From positions 954 through 64,953 of the forward strand of contig CAUHCL010000001.1 in NCBI GenBank assembly GCA_959604655.1: 64,000 bases of DNA, read 5' to 3'. The stretch is from an uncultured Alistipes sp. Lineage in GTDB: Bacteria > Bacteroidota > Bacteroidia > Bacteroidales > Rikenellaceae. The notes beneath the pieces are model-generated. The model did not search any database and was not told the DNA's origin. It was given only the letters and a program-made list of their open reading frames with translations. The position numbers were made by a program, and so were the translations under genes. Below are positions 37,513 through 47,343 of this stretch, piece after piece. The first letter of the stretch is position 1, and every line of letters starts with the position of its first letter.

Positions 37513-38982
37513 ATGGCTATACACCGCTTTGCGGCTGTCGATCTGGGAGCTACCAGCGGCCGCGTTATACTGGCAACCGTAGGCGACGGCAAGATCTCGC
37601 TGGAGGAGATCCTGCGGTTCCCCGACCCCATAATCGAGATGCAGGGACATTTCTACTGGGATTTACCCGCCATATATAAATCGGTGATCGACGGACTCGG
37701 GGCGATAGCCGCGCGCGGCGAGAAGATCGAGTCGATCGGCATCGATACCTGGGGAGTCGATTTCGCCATGTTCGGCCGCGACGGCGCTATGCTGCGCCTG
37801 CCCTACTGCTACCGCGATCCGCACACCGAAGGCGCCCCCGAGAAGTTTTTCGAGCGCATGCCTTGTCGGACGCTGTACGAGAAGACGGGAATCCAGATCA
37901 TGAATTTCAATTCGGTCTTCCAGTTCGACACATTGCGCCGCAACGGCTGTTCGGCTCTGGAGGCTGCCGACAAGATACTCTTCATTCCCGACGCGCTGGC
38001 CTATCTGCTCACGGGCAATGCCGTTACCGAGTATACCATAGCATCCACGGCGCAAATGATCGATCCGCGTACCAGGCAGTGGGACGCTGATATTCTGGGC
38101 GAATTGGGACTCGCGCCCGAGAAGTTCGGACGCATGGTAATGCCGGGCGACGCGATAGGTACCCTGACGGCCGAGGTGCAGCGCCTGACGGGATTGGGAG
38201 CGGTTCCCGTCGTCGCCGTGGCGAGCCACGACACGGGGTCGGCCGTAGCGGCCGTGCCTGCCGAGAATGACGATTTCGCATACCTTAGTTCGGGAACGTG
38301 GTCGCTCATGGGCATAGAATCGAAGGAGCCTATCATCGACGAGCGCAGTTTCGCCTTGAATTTCACCAACGAAGGCGGCGTGGAGGGTACGATGCGCGTG
38401 CTGAAGAACATATGCGGCATGTGGCTGCTGGAACGTTGCCGCGCCGAGTGGCCCGAGACGGATTATTCCGAGATCACGGCCGAAGCCGAGCGGGCGGAAC
38501 CGTTCCGCAGCGTGATAAACCCCGACGCGCAGTGCTTCGCCAATCCCGCGTCGATGACCGAGGCCATAGCCGAGTATTGCCGCCGCACGGGGCAGCCCGT
38601 GCCCGAGACCGTAGGACAATATGCCCGCTGCATATTCGAGTCGCTGGCGCTGCGTTACCGTCAGGTGACGGAGATGCTCAAAACGTTGTCGCAGCACCCG
38701 ATCGAGAGGCTTTACGTCATAGGCGGCGGCGCGCGCAACGAGATGCTGAACCGCTTCACGGCCGACGCCACTGGGATTCCCGTCGAGACGGGATCGTCGG
38801 AGTCGACGGCCATCGGCAACGTTATGATGCAGGCCAAGCATGCGGGCGTGGCGGGCAGCATGGCGGAGATGCGCCGAATCATCCGCGCGTCGCTGACCGA
38901 CAGCCGACGCTACGAACCCGCCGACGGCGACAGGTGGCAGGCGGCGTACGAGATGTATTTGAAAAGGACGGGCGAGGCTTGA
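37513..38982 (+). CDS. rhaB: Rhamnulokinase
   Basis: AVDLGATSGR, GIDTWGVD, HDTGSA, SSGTWSL, FTNEGG; operon context. Confidence 0.92.
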   Translation: MAIHRFAAVDLGATSGRVILATVGDGKISLEEILRFPDPIIEMQGHFYWDLPAIYKSVIDGLGAIAARGEKIESIGIDTWGVDFAMFGRDGAMLRLPYCYRDPHTEGAPEKFFERMPCRTLYEKTGIQIMNFNSVFQFDTLRRNGCSALEAADKILFIPDALAYLLTGNAVTEYTIASTAQMIDPRTRQWDADILGELGLAPEKFGRMVMPGDAIGTLTAEVQRLTGLGAVPVVAVASHDTGSAVAAVPAENDDFAYLSSGTWSLMGIESKEPIIDERSFALNFTNEGGVEGTMRVLKNICGMWLLERCRAEWPETDYSEITAEAERAEPFRSVINPDAQCFANPASMTEAIAEYCRRTGQPVPETVGQYARCIFESLALRYRQVTEMLKTLSQHPIERLYVIGGGARNEMLNRFTADATGIPVETGSSESTAIGNVMMQAKHAGVAGSMAEMRRIIRASLTDSRRYEPADGDRWQAAYEMYLKRTGEA

Positions 38983-39118
38983 AAACAGATTTATCTTCGG
39001 CGGCTGCGGGGGTCGCGCTTTGCGCGAGCCGCCGAAGATAGCAATGTCCCGAAGGACTTTGCCGTTAAAACTCCGATACATTGAACAATAATTGTCTAAC
39101 AAAAAATATCCAAACATC

Positions 39119-40378
39119 ATGAAAAGAGAATTGATAGAAAAGGCATACGAGATCGCCAAGGAGCGTTATGCCGCGGTAGGAGTCGACACCGACGCTGCGC
39201 TCGATGCGCTTCAGAAAATATCGTTGTCGCTGCATTGCTGGCAGGCCGACGACGTGCGCGGATTCGAGAATCCCGACGGCGACCTGACTGGCGGCATTCA
39301 GGCCACGGGCAACTACCCGGGCCGTGCGCGCACCATCGACGAGTTGCGCGACGACATAAAGAAGGCCACGTCGCTCATCCCGGGCAGCCACCGCCTGAGC
39401 CTTCACGCCAGCTACGCCGATTTCCGCGCCACGGGTCCCGCCGATCGCGATGCTCTGGAGCCCAAGCACTTCGAGAGCTGGATGCAGTGGGCTGCCGAGA
39501 ACGGCATGAAGCTCGATTTCAACTCCACTTCGTTCTCGCATCCCAAGAGCGGCATGCTCACTCTGGCCAATCCCGACGAGGGCATCCGCAAGTTCTGGAT
39601 CGAGCACACCAAACGCTGCCGCGAGATCGCCGAAGAGATGGGACGCCGCCAGGGCGATCCGTCGATCCTCAACATATGGATACACGACGGCTCGAAGGAT
39701 CAGACAGTCAACCGCCTGAAGTACCGCGAGCTGCTGAAGGCCTCGCTCGACGAGATATTCGCCACGGAGTATAAGAACATGAAGGATTGCATCGAGGCCA
39801 AACTGTTCGGTATAGGCGCCGAGTACTACACGGTGGGATCGTACGACTTCTATTTGGGTTATGGTGCCAAGAACGGCAAGATCGTGACTCTCGACACGGG
39901 CCACTTCCACCTTACCGAGTCGATCGCCGACAAGATCTCGTCGCTGCTTCTGTTCACCCCCGAGATCATGCTGCACGTAAGCCGCCCCATCCGCTGGGAC
40001 TCGGACCACGTGACGATCATGAACGACGACACGCTGGATCTGGCCAAGGAGATCATCCGCTGCGATGCACTCGACCGCGTGCACATCGGCCTCGACTATT
40101 TCGACGCTTCGATCAACCGCATAGGCGCCTACGTGATAGGTTCGCGGGCCACGCAGAAGTGCCTGATGCAGGCGTTGCTGGAGCCGCTGGCCAAACTGCG
40201 CGAATACGAGGCGGGCGAGCGATTCTTCGAGCGTCTGGCATTGCTGGAGGAGGCCAAGAACCTGCCGTGGAACGCCGTATGGGATATGTTCTGCCTCCGA
40301 AACGACGTGCCCGTGGGCGAGGATTTCATAGCCGACATACTGCGTTACGAGGCGGAAGTCACATCTAAAAGAGCGTAG
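39119..40378 (+). CDS. rhaA: L-rhamnose isomerase
   Basis: SLHCWQADD, TGNYPGRA, LDTGHFH, LHVSRPIRWDSDH, DYFDASINR. Confidence 0.96.
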   Translation: MKRELIEKAYEIAKERYAAVGVDTDAALDALQKISLSLHCWQADDVRGFENPDGDLTGGIQATGNYPGRARTIDELRDDIKKATSLIPGSHRLSLHASYADFRATGPADRDALEPKHFESWMQWAAENGMKLDFNSTSFSHPKSGMLTLANPDEGIRKFWIEHTKRCREIAEEMGRRQGDPSILNIWIHDGSKDQTVNRLKYRELLKASLDEIFATEYKNMKDCIEAKLFGIGAEYYTVGSYDFYLGYGAKNGKIVTLDTGHFHLTESIADKISSLLLFTPEIMLHVSRPIRWDSDHVTIMNDDTLDLAKEIIRCDALDRVHIGLDYFDASINRIGAYVIGSRATQKCLMQALLEPLAKLREYEAGERFFERLALLEEAKNLPWNAVWDMFCLRNDVPVGEDFIADILRYEAEVTSKRA

Positions 40379-40380
40379 TC

Positions 40381-41538
40381 ATGTATCGTCGTATAGTTCT
40401 CAACGAAACGTCGTATTACGGTGCGGGATGCCGCGCCGTAATAGCCGACGAGGTGCGCAAACGCGGGTTCCGCAAGGCTCTGTTCGTGACCGACAAGGAT
40501 TTGATACGTTTCGGCGTGGCCGAGAAGATCGAGGATGTGCTCCGCGCGGCCGAAATACCTTATGACATATACAGCGACGTGAAGGCCAACCCCACCATCG
40601 GCAATGTGCAGCGGGGCGTGGAGGCGTTCAAGGCCTCGGGGGCCGATTTCCTCATCGCTCTGGGCGGCGGCTCGTCGATCGACACGGCCAAGGCGATAGG
40701 CATCATCGTCAACAACCCCGAGTTCGCCGACGTGAGGTCGCTGGAGGGTACGGCTTCGACCAAGAATCGCGCCGTGCCGACGTTCGCCATACCCACCACC
40801 GCGGGTACGGCTGCCGAGGTGACCATCAACTACGTGATTACTGACGAGCAGGCCCGAAAGAAGATGGTGTGCGTCGATCCCAACGACATACCGATGTGCG
40901 CCGTCATAGACTGCGAGCTGATGTACTCGATGCCCAAGGGGCTTACCGCCGCCACGGGCATGGATGCGCTGACGCATGCGATAGAGAGTTACATCACCCC
41001 TGGCGCATGGACCATGAGCGATATGTTCGAGGTCAAGGCCATGGAACTCATAGCCGAGCATCTGAAAAATGCCGTCGACAACGGCAGCGACGAGAAGGCC
41101 CGTTCGGGAATGGCCGAGGCGCAGTACATAGCGGGCATGGGATTCTCGAATGTGGGACTGGGCATAGTCCACTCGATGGCACACCCGCTGGGCGCGTTCT
41201 ACGACACCCCGCACGGAGTGGCCAACGCCCTGCTGCTGCCCTACGTGATGGAGTACAACGCCGAATCGCCGTCGCGGGCGAAGTATCTCGGCATAGCACG
41301 CGCACTGGGAGTCGACACGGCGGGAATGAGCGTCGACGAGGGTGTCCGCGCCGCGGTGGATGCCGTGCGTAAGCTGTCGCTCAGCGTAGGCATCCCGCAG
41401 CATCTGCGCGAGATAGGGGTGCGCGAGGAGGATATCCCCGCACTGGCCGTCGCGGCGTTCAACGACGTATGCACGGGCGGCAATCCGCGCCCCACGTCGG
41501 TGGAGGATATAACCGAACTTTATAAAACCGCTTATTAA
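40381..41538 (+). CDS. fucO: Lactaldehyde reductase
   Basis: GGGSSID, PTTAGT, DALTHAIE, HSMAH, PHG iron-ADH motifs; rha operon context. Confidence 0.93.
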   Translation: MYRRIVLNETSYYGAGCRAVIADEVRKRGFRKALFVTDKDLIRFGVAEKIEDVLRAAEIPYDIYSDVKANPTIGNVQRGVEAFKASGADFLIALGGGSSIDTAKAIGIIVNNPEFADVRSLEGTASTKNRAVPTFAIPTTAGTAAEVTINYVITDEQARKKMVCVDPNDIPMCAVIDCELMYSMPKGLTAATGMDALTHAIESYITPGAWTMSDMFEVKAMELIAEHLKNAVDNGSDEKARSGMAEAQYIAGMGFSNVGLGIVHSMAHPLGAFYDTPHGVANALLLPYVMEYNAESPSRAKYLGIARALGVDTAGMSVDEGVRAAVDAVRKLSLSVGIPQHLREIGVREEDIPALAVAAFNDVCTGGNPRPTSVEDITELYKTAY

Positions 41539-41547
41539 CGACAGGTC

Positions 41548-42570
41548 ATGGAGATAGTTATCGCTCTTTTGATAATCGCGGCGGGCAGCTTCTGTCAGAG
41601 CAGCAGCTACGTGCCCATAAATAAAGTAAAGGAATGGTCTTGGGAGAGCTATTGGCTCACCCAGGGCCTCTTCGCATGGATCGTGTTCCCGCTCGCGGGC
41701 GCCCTGCTCGCCATGCCCGAGGGAATGTCGGTGGCGGACATATTCGCTATGGACGGCGCGCCGATGGCCGTCGTCTACGGCGCTCTGTGGGGCGTGGGCG
41801 GTCTGACCTTCGGACTCTCGATGCGCTATCTGGGCGTCGCGCTCGGACAGTCGATAGCCCTCGGAACATGCTCGGGTCTCGGCACCCTGCTCCCCGCCCT
41901 GTTCGCGGGCGAGAATCTTTTCCGCGGCGAGGGGCTCGTGCTGCTTGTCGGCGTGGCCATAACGCTGGCGGGCATAGCGGTCATAGGTTACGCGGGATCG
42001 CTCCGTTCGCAGACCATGAGCGAGGAAGAACGCCGCGCCGCCATAAAGGACTTCGCGCTGACCAAAGGTCTGGCCGTGGCTCTGCTGGCGGGTCTCATGA
42101 GCGCCTGCTTCAACCTCGGACTTGAGGCGGGAGCGCCCATCTCGGCACGGCTTGCCGAAGCGGGTGCGGGCGATCTGTTCGTGACGTTGCCCGCCACGCT
42201 GCTGGTGACTCTGGGCGGTGCCGTCACCAACTTCGCCTACTGTCTGTGGCAGAACGCCCGCAACAAGAGTTTCGGCGACTACGCCAAAGGCGACGTGTGG
42301 GTCAACAACCTGCTTTTCTGTGCACTGGCGGGTCTGCTGTGGTATTCGCAGTTCTTCGGGCTGGCCATGGGCAAGAAGTTCCTCGCCTCGTCGCCAGCCA
42401 TGCTGGCCTTCGCGTGGAGCATACTCATGTCGCTGAATGTCATATTCTCCAACGTGTGGGGACTCATCCTCAAGGAGTGGCGCGGAGTGAGCCGCAAGAC
42501 CGTGATCGTTCTGGTGAGCGGTTTGATGATATTGATTTTTTCACTAATTTTCCCGAGTCTTTTTAATTGA
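41548..42570 (+). CDS. rhaT: L-rhamnose/proton symporter
   Basis: WSWESYW, LTFGLSMRYLG, LWYSQFF, LKEW. Confidence 0.93.
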   Translation: MEIVIALLIIAAGSFCQSSSYVPINKVKEWSWESYWLTQGLFAWIVFPLAGALLAMPEGMSVADIFAMDGAPMAVVYGALWGVGGLTFGLSMRYLGVALGQSIALGTCSGLGTLLPALFAGENLFRGEGLVLLVGVAITLAGIAVIGYAGSLRSQTMSEEERRAAIKDFALTKGLAVALLAGLMSACFNLGLEAGAPISARLAEAGAGDLFVTLPATLLVTLGGAVTNFAYCLWQNARNKSFGDYAKGDVWVNNLLFCALAGLLWYSQFFGLAMGKKFLASSPAMLAFAWSILMSLNVIFSNVWGLILKEWRGVSRKTVIVLVSGLMILIFSLIFPSLFN

Positions 42571-42578
42571 CGAACAAT

Positions 42579-43388
42579 ATGACTTCAATACTTGACGGAC
42601 GTCCCGCACTGGCCCGCGAGGTCGAGAAGGTCGCGGAGGTGGCAGGATATCTTTGGCAGAAGGGCTGGGCCGAGCGCAACGGCGGCAACATCACCGTGAA
42701 CGTCACGGAGCATGTCGACGACGGGATACGCAGCATGCCCGCCATAAGCGGACGCATAGCGTTAGGATGCGCGCTGCCCCACCTCAAGGGCTGCTATTTC
42801 TTCTGCAAGGGCACCAACAAACGCATGCGCGATCTGGCGCGCCGACCTATGGAGAACGGTTCGTTCATCCGCATAGCCGACACCTGCGACGCATACGAGA
42901 TAATAGCCGACGCGCCCGTGAAACCCACTTCGGAGCTGCCGTCGCATCTGGCCATGCACAACCATCTGTTAGGCAAGGGCGTCGATTACAAGGCGGCATT
43001 GCACACCCACCCCATCGAGCTGGTAGCGATGTCGCATACGTCCAAATTTCTCGAACGGGATGTGCTGACCGATCTGCTGTGGAGCATGATTCCCGAGACC
43101 AAGGCTTTCTGTCCGCGCGGACTGGGCATCGTGCCCTACGAGCTTCCCGGGTCGCAGGCTCTGGCCGACGCCACCATAGCGCAGCTCGACGACTACGACG
43201 TGGTGTTGTGGGAGAAGCACGGCGTGTGCGCCGTGGGGTGCGACATAATGGAGGCATTCGACCAGGTGGACGTGCTCTGCAAGTCGGCGCAGATATACAT
43301 CAACGCCAAATGTATGGGTTACGAGCCCGACGGCATGTCGAAGGAGCAGATGGCGGAGATGACCCGCGCGTTCAATCTGCCCAAGTAA
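42579..43388 (+). CDS. rhaD: Rhamnulose-1-phosphate aldolase
   Basis: GWAERNGGN, PTSELPSH, HTHP, WEKHG; alternative TTG start at 42567. Confidence 0.95.
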   Translation: MTSILDGRPALAREVEKVAEVAGYLWQKGWAERNGGNITVNVTEHVDDGIRSMPAISGRIALGCALPHLKGCYFFCKGTNKRMRDLARRPMENGSFIRIADTCDAYEIIADAPVKPTSELPSHLAMHNHLLGKGVDYKAALHTHPIELVAMSHTSKFLERDVLTDLLWSMIPETKAFCPRGLGIVPYELPGSQALADATIAQLDDYDVVLWEKHGVCAVGCDIMEAFDQVDVLCKSAQIYINAKCMGYEPDGMSKEQMAEMTRAFNLPK

Positions 43389-43404
43389 AAAAGACGCATC
43401 GGAT

Positions 43405-44292
43405 ATGGATATTCGTTTCCAATATCTCATACCCAACGACGCCGACGAACAGTTCGGCTGCACGGTGAGTACGGTGGGTTCGCAGATAATCGATCCCGAC
43501 GACGACTATCCGTCGAAGGACCACCCGCCCGGGTATATGTTCGATCCCGAGCGCGGACGCATATTGCAGGAGTACCAGCTGCTCTACATCGTGCGCGGCA
43601 AGGGGGTGTTCTCCGACGGCGAGGAGAGCTACGAGATCAGCAAGGGCGCGGTCATTCTGCTGCGCCCGGGAAAGTGGCACACCTACAAGCCTCTGAAGGG
43701 TGCGGGCTGGAGCGAATATTTCATAGGATTCAGCGGCGAGTTGGCCGCAAGGTCGATCGCGATGCTCTTCCCCGAGGACAGGCAGGTGTTCGACGCGGGA
43801 CTGAACCGCGAGCTGGTCGATCTGTACCAGCGCGCCGTCGAGGTGGCCGCTTCCGACCGTCCCGCCACGCAGCAACTGCTGTGCGGAATGGTGATGCACA
43901 TGCTGGGCATAGTCAATTTCACGGTGCGTAACGAGGCGTTGTCGAAAGACAGGCTCGACGTGATAATCGAGCAGGCGAAGATAATCATGCAGGAGAACGT
44001 GTTGCGCAATCTCGATCTCGACGCTCTGGCGGCGCAGCTGAATATCAGCTATTCGTGGTTCCGCAAGATCTTCCGCGACTACACGGGGCATCCTCCCGCG
44101 AAATACTTCATGCTGCTCAAGCTGCGCAGGGCACAGCACATGCTGGCCAATACGCAGGAGTCGATCAAGGAGATAGCCTTCGCGCTCGGGTTCAAGTCGA
44201 CGGAGCATTTCTACACCACGTTCAAACGCGTGACGGGCAGCACGCCCAACGCCTACCGACGCTCGTCGATGCCCGACGTCGGGAGCCGATAG
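43405..44292 (+). CDS. AraC family regulator (probable rhamnose regulator)
   Basis: N-terminal cupin, C-terminal double HTH (SIKEIAFALGF...FKRVTGSTP); ends the rha operon. Confidence 0.88.
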   Translation: MDIRFQYLIPNDADEQFGCTVSTVGSQIIDPDDDYPSKDHPPGYMFDPERGRILQEYQLLYIVRGKGVFSDGEESYEISKGAVILLRPGKWHTYKPLKGAGWSEYFIGFSGELAARSIAMLFPEDRQVFDAGLNRELVDLYQRAVEVAASDRPATQQLLCGMVMHMLGIVNFTVRNEALSKDRLDVIIEQAKIIMQENVLRNLDLDALAAQLNISYSWFRKIFRDYTGHPPAKYFMLLKLRRAQHMLANTQESIKEIAFALGFKSTEHFYTTFKRVTGSTPNAYRRSSMPDVGSR

Positions 44293-44293
44293 C

Positions 44294-44330
44294 AAAACGG
44301 CCGATGCTTGCGAAAGCGTCGGCCGTTTTT
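44294..44330. terminator. Bidirectional intrinsic terminator
   Basis: aaaacggccga..tcggccgttttt. Confidence 0.75.
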
Positions 44331-44340
44331 CGTATGTCAA

Positions 44341-44440
44341 CTGTTCGCCGACGGCGGCAGGAGTGCATGAGCCATAGGCGAGTTGCAGTCCGCCGCGAGG
44401 GGGCGGCGGCGAACTGCCGACATCGCACAGCGATGTCGAA
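44341..44440 (+). repeat. Family A dispersed palindromic repeat
   Basis: ctgttcgccgacggcgg...gcagtccgccgcgagggggcggcggcgaactgccgacatcgc-aca-gcgatgtcgaa. Confidence 0.9.
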
Positions 44441-44914
44441 TCAATCTTCCCCTACTCTCTCCAGAATACCTTCGCATCCGTCCTCCAGCAGGTCGAGCAC
44501 GAGTTCGAATCCCTCGCGGCCCTCGTAATAGGGGTCGGGGACGTGGCTCCACTGCGGATGGCGGCGGCAGAACTCCGTGAAGCGGTACAGCTTGTCGAGA
44601 TAGCGGCGTTCGGGCGCGAGGCGCGACACCGATTCGTAATTCATGTCGTCCATCACCACTATCATGTCGAAATCGAGGAAGTCCTCTTCCTTTATCTGCC
44701 TCGCGCGGTGCTTCAGGTCGTATCCGCGCCGCGATGCCGCCGCGCGCATGCGCGAATCGGGCAGCTGCCCCGCATGTCCTCCGTATGTGCCCGCCGAGTC
44801 TGCCGTTATGGCCTCCGCCATGCCTTTGCGTTCGGCAATGGTCCGCAGTACGCCTTCGGCCGCGGGCGAGCGGCAGATGTTGCCCAGGCATACGAACAGT
44901 ATTTTTCGTTTCAT
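44441..44914 (-). CDS. Low-molecular-weight protein tyrosine phosphatase
   Basis: VCLGNICRS, DSAGT, DPYY. Confidence 0.95.
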   Translation of the reverse strand: MKRKILFVCLGNICRSPAAEGVLRTIAERKGMAEAITADSAGTYGGHAGQLPDSRMRAAASRRGYDLKHRARQIKEEDFLDFDMIVVMDDMNYESVSRLAPERRYLDKLYRFTEFCRRHPQWSHVPDPYYEGREGFELVLDLLEDGCEGILERVGED

Positions 44915-45012
44915 TGTGCCATGATTTGATCCGTCGGCAAAAATAGGCATAATATTCGGGGCGGTCAAGGGCGGCGCGGCGATTGGCTTGTTTTTTGAAC
45001 CCGGGCCGCAGT

Positions 45013-45441
45013 ATGAAAGATTCGTCGGAAAACAGACAGAGCAGCTGCAACGGCTGCGACGCCGCCATACTCTTTCTCCGCATATTCATCGGAGGGGTGA
45101 TGCTGATGCACATATTGGGCAATTTGCAGGACTACGATATCGTGGTGAAGGATTTCCCGTCCATACTCGGCATGGGCAGCGCCGCGTCGCTGGCGACGGC
45201 CACGATGGTCGAGGGACTGTTTGCCGTCATGATAATCTTAGGATTCGGCACTCGGGCTGCTGCCGCGGCCATGATCGTCGCGTGGGCGGCGGTGCTGGTG
45301 CAGGAGGCCGTCGGCGGAACCATCACGTCCGATGCCGCAAAACTGCACTTCGTATATCTGGGAATATATGTGACACTGGCCGTTTCGGGCGGCGGAGCCT
45401 ATGCCTTCAACATCGCCCGCATGTCCGATAAAATGTCCTGA
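45013..45441 (+). CDS. DoxX family membrane protein
   Basis: LFLRIF..MLMH, E..LGFGTRAAA, GGGAYA. Confidence 0.8.
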   Translation: MKDSSENRQSSCNGCDAAILFLRIFIGGVMLMHILGNLQDYDIVVKDFPSILGMGSAASLATATMVEGLFAVMIILGFGTRAAAAAMIVAWAAVLVQEAVGGTITSDAAKLHFVYLGIYVTLAVSGGGAYAFNIARMSDKMS

Positions 45442-45547
45442 AACGGTAAAATATCGGCCTATAAAGTGCCTTATTGTTTCAAAATGGTAAAATTTTCATA
45501 TTTTTACATCGTTTTTCAACACGGTTCCAACGAAAAAACGACTTTAT

Positions 45548-46084
45548 ATGAAAAAGAGTTTATTCCTGCTGCTGGCATGCGCGTGCATCTGCGCGAAGAC
45601 CGATGCCCAGAACAAAGAGACGAAAGAGGCTGCCATACCCCACAAGGTGGAGAACGTGGAGCTTCTCGATCTTAACGGCGACCCCGCCACCCTGCCCATG
45701 TGGGGCGAAAAAAATCTGCTCATATTCTATGTCGATCCCGACAAGCACAAGCAGAACGACCAGTTCACCAAGGATCTGGAGGAAAACCACGCCGCGGCGG
45801 GCGACAATATCTTCGGATTCGGCATCATGAATCTGAAGGACGCCCCGATGGTGCCCAACGGCATGGCCCGTTCGATGGCGCGCAAGCGCACCGAGAAGAA
45901 CGGCGCGACCGTGCTGGCCGACCAGGACCGAATCATCAGCCGCACGTGGGAGCTCGGCGACTGCAACAACAAATTCGTGCTGCTCATCGTGACCAAGGAG
46001 GGCGAACTCGTATTCATGAAGAAGGGCGAGCTGTCGGAGGCCGACAAAGCCGAGTTCTACGAGGTGATAAAGAAATACCGCTAA
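45548..46084 (+). CDS. Secreted thioredoxin-fold/YtfJ-like protein (no CxxC)
   Basis: Signal peptide, LLDLNG, LLIFYVDPD, LLIVTKEGEL resemble a redoxin-like fold. Confidence 0.5.
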   Translation: MKKSLFLLLACACICAKTDAQNKETKEAAIPHKVENVELLDLNGDPATLPMWGEKNLLIFYVDPDKHKQNDQFTKDLEENHAAAGDNIFGFGIMNLKDAPMVPNGMARSMARKRTEKNGATVLADQDRIISRTWELGDCNNKFVLLIVTKEGELVFMKKGELSEADKAEFYEVIKKYR

Positions 46085-46099
46085 CCCGCTTCCCCTACG

Positions 46100-47341
46100 A
46101 TGAGAATAGCGTTCCTTGCCGCAGTCGTCGTTCTGCTTGCCGTGCATGCGGTCAGGGCGCAGGAGGCTGTGTCGGCGAGGGATACGGTTCGGCGTGTGCG
46201 CACGGGCGGAAACGCGACGACCGCGGGCATGGTCGACTACGAGGCGGTGAGGCGCAATCTGGAGCGTGGTTCGAAAAAGGGATTTTTCGATCGGGTGGCG
46301 GATTTCGCACGCAAGCCGCTGTTCGGTCGCTCGCCCGACGCTAAGTTTCGGGCCAACGGTATGGCGGGCGTAGGTTATTCGCAGGAGACGAACGTGATGC
46401 TGGTAGCTTCGCTGCGCGGATACTACAACCTTTGCAAGGCCGATTCGATCGCGACCGAATCGTATGCGGCATTCACGGGCAACGTTTCGGTGTCGGGATT
46501 CTACCGCCTGCGCTTTTCGGGCGATACGTTCCTCGGCTGCGGCGATCACCGCCTCACCTACAACATTCAGGCGAGCACGCTGCCCGTAAAGTTTTGGGGA
46601 CTCGGATACGACGCGGCCGACCGCAATCCGCGCACCAAATACACCCGTGACGACTGCTCGCTCGACGTGCGCTACATGAGACGTGTGGCGGGAGGTTTCT
46701 CGGCAGGTGCGTCGCTCGATCTGAGGTACGCCGCCGCGCGTTCGATCGATGAACTCGGCGCAGGCTACATAGCCGCCGCGGGACAGAGGCGTTCGGCTAT
46801 CTCGACGGGATTGGGCGTCGTGCTGGAGTACGACACGCGCGACAGCCGCTACCGCACCACGAAAGGGCTCTGCATGTCGCTTCTGACCGAGGTGCGGCCC
46901 AAAGGTCTGGGCGATTGCGGTGCTACGTTGTGGCACATAACGGCCGTGGCCGATTTCTACACGCCGCTGTGGAGCGGCTCGGTGCTGGCGGCCGACCTGT
47001 ACGGCGATCTGTGGTCGTCGGCGACGCCCTGGCTGTTCTGGCCGTCGCTCGGCGGCGCGAGCCGATTGAGAGGTTACTACACGGGCCGATATTCGGACCG
47101 TAAGATGATAACGGCGCAAGTCGAACTGCGGCAGCGCATACGCGGCCCGTTCGGGATGTGCGTGTGGGGCGGAGCAGGCAACGTCTTCCCGTCACACAAA
47201 CTCATCGACGCGTCGAAAACCTTGCCCAACTGCGGCCTGGGGTTCAGAATGGAGATGGGACCCAAAGCCGTGCTGAGAATCGATTACGGGTTCGGGCGGC
47301 ATTCGAACGGACTCGTTATCAATGTAAATGAAGCATTCTGA
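46100..47341 (+). CDS. Omp85/BamA-TamA-like outer-membrane barrel
   Basis: YDTRDS, LGG..LRGY..GRY, RIDYG, C-terminal EAF. Confidence 0.8.
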   Translation: MRIAFLAAVVVLLAVHAVRAQEAVSARDTVRRVRTGGNATTAGMVDYEAVRRNLERGSKKGFFDRVADFARKPLFGRSPDAKFRANGMAGVGYSQETNVMLVASLRGYYNLCKADSIATESYAAFTGNVSVSGFYRLRFSGDTFLGCGDHRLTYNIQASTLPVKFWGLGYDAADRNPRTKYTRDDCSLDVRYMRRVAGGFSAGASLDLRYAAARSIDELGAGYIAAAGQRRSAISTGLGVVLEYDTRDSRYRTTKGLCMSLLTEVRPKGLGDCGATLWHITAVADFYTPLWSGSVLAADLYGDLWSSATPWLFWPSLGGASRLRGYYTGRYSDRKMITAQVELRQRIRGPFGMCVWGGAGNVFPSHKLIDASKTLPNCGLGFRMEMGPKAVLRIDYGFGRHSNGLVINVNEAF

Positions 47342-47343
47342 CA

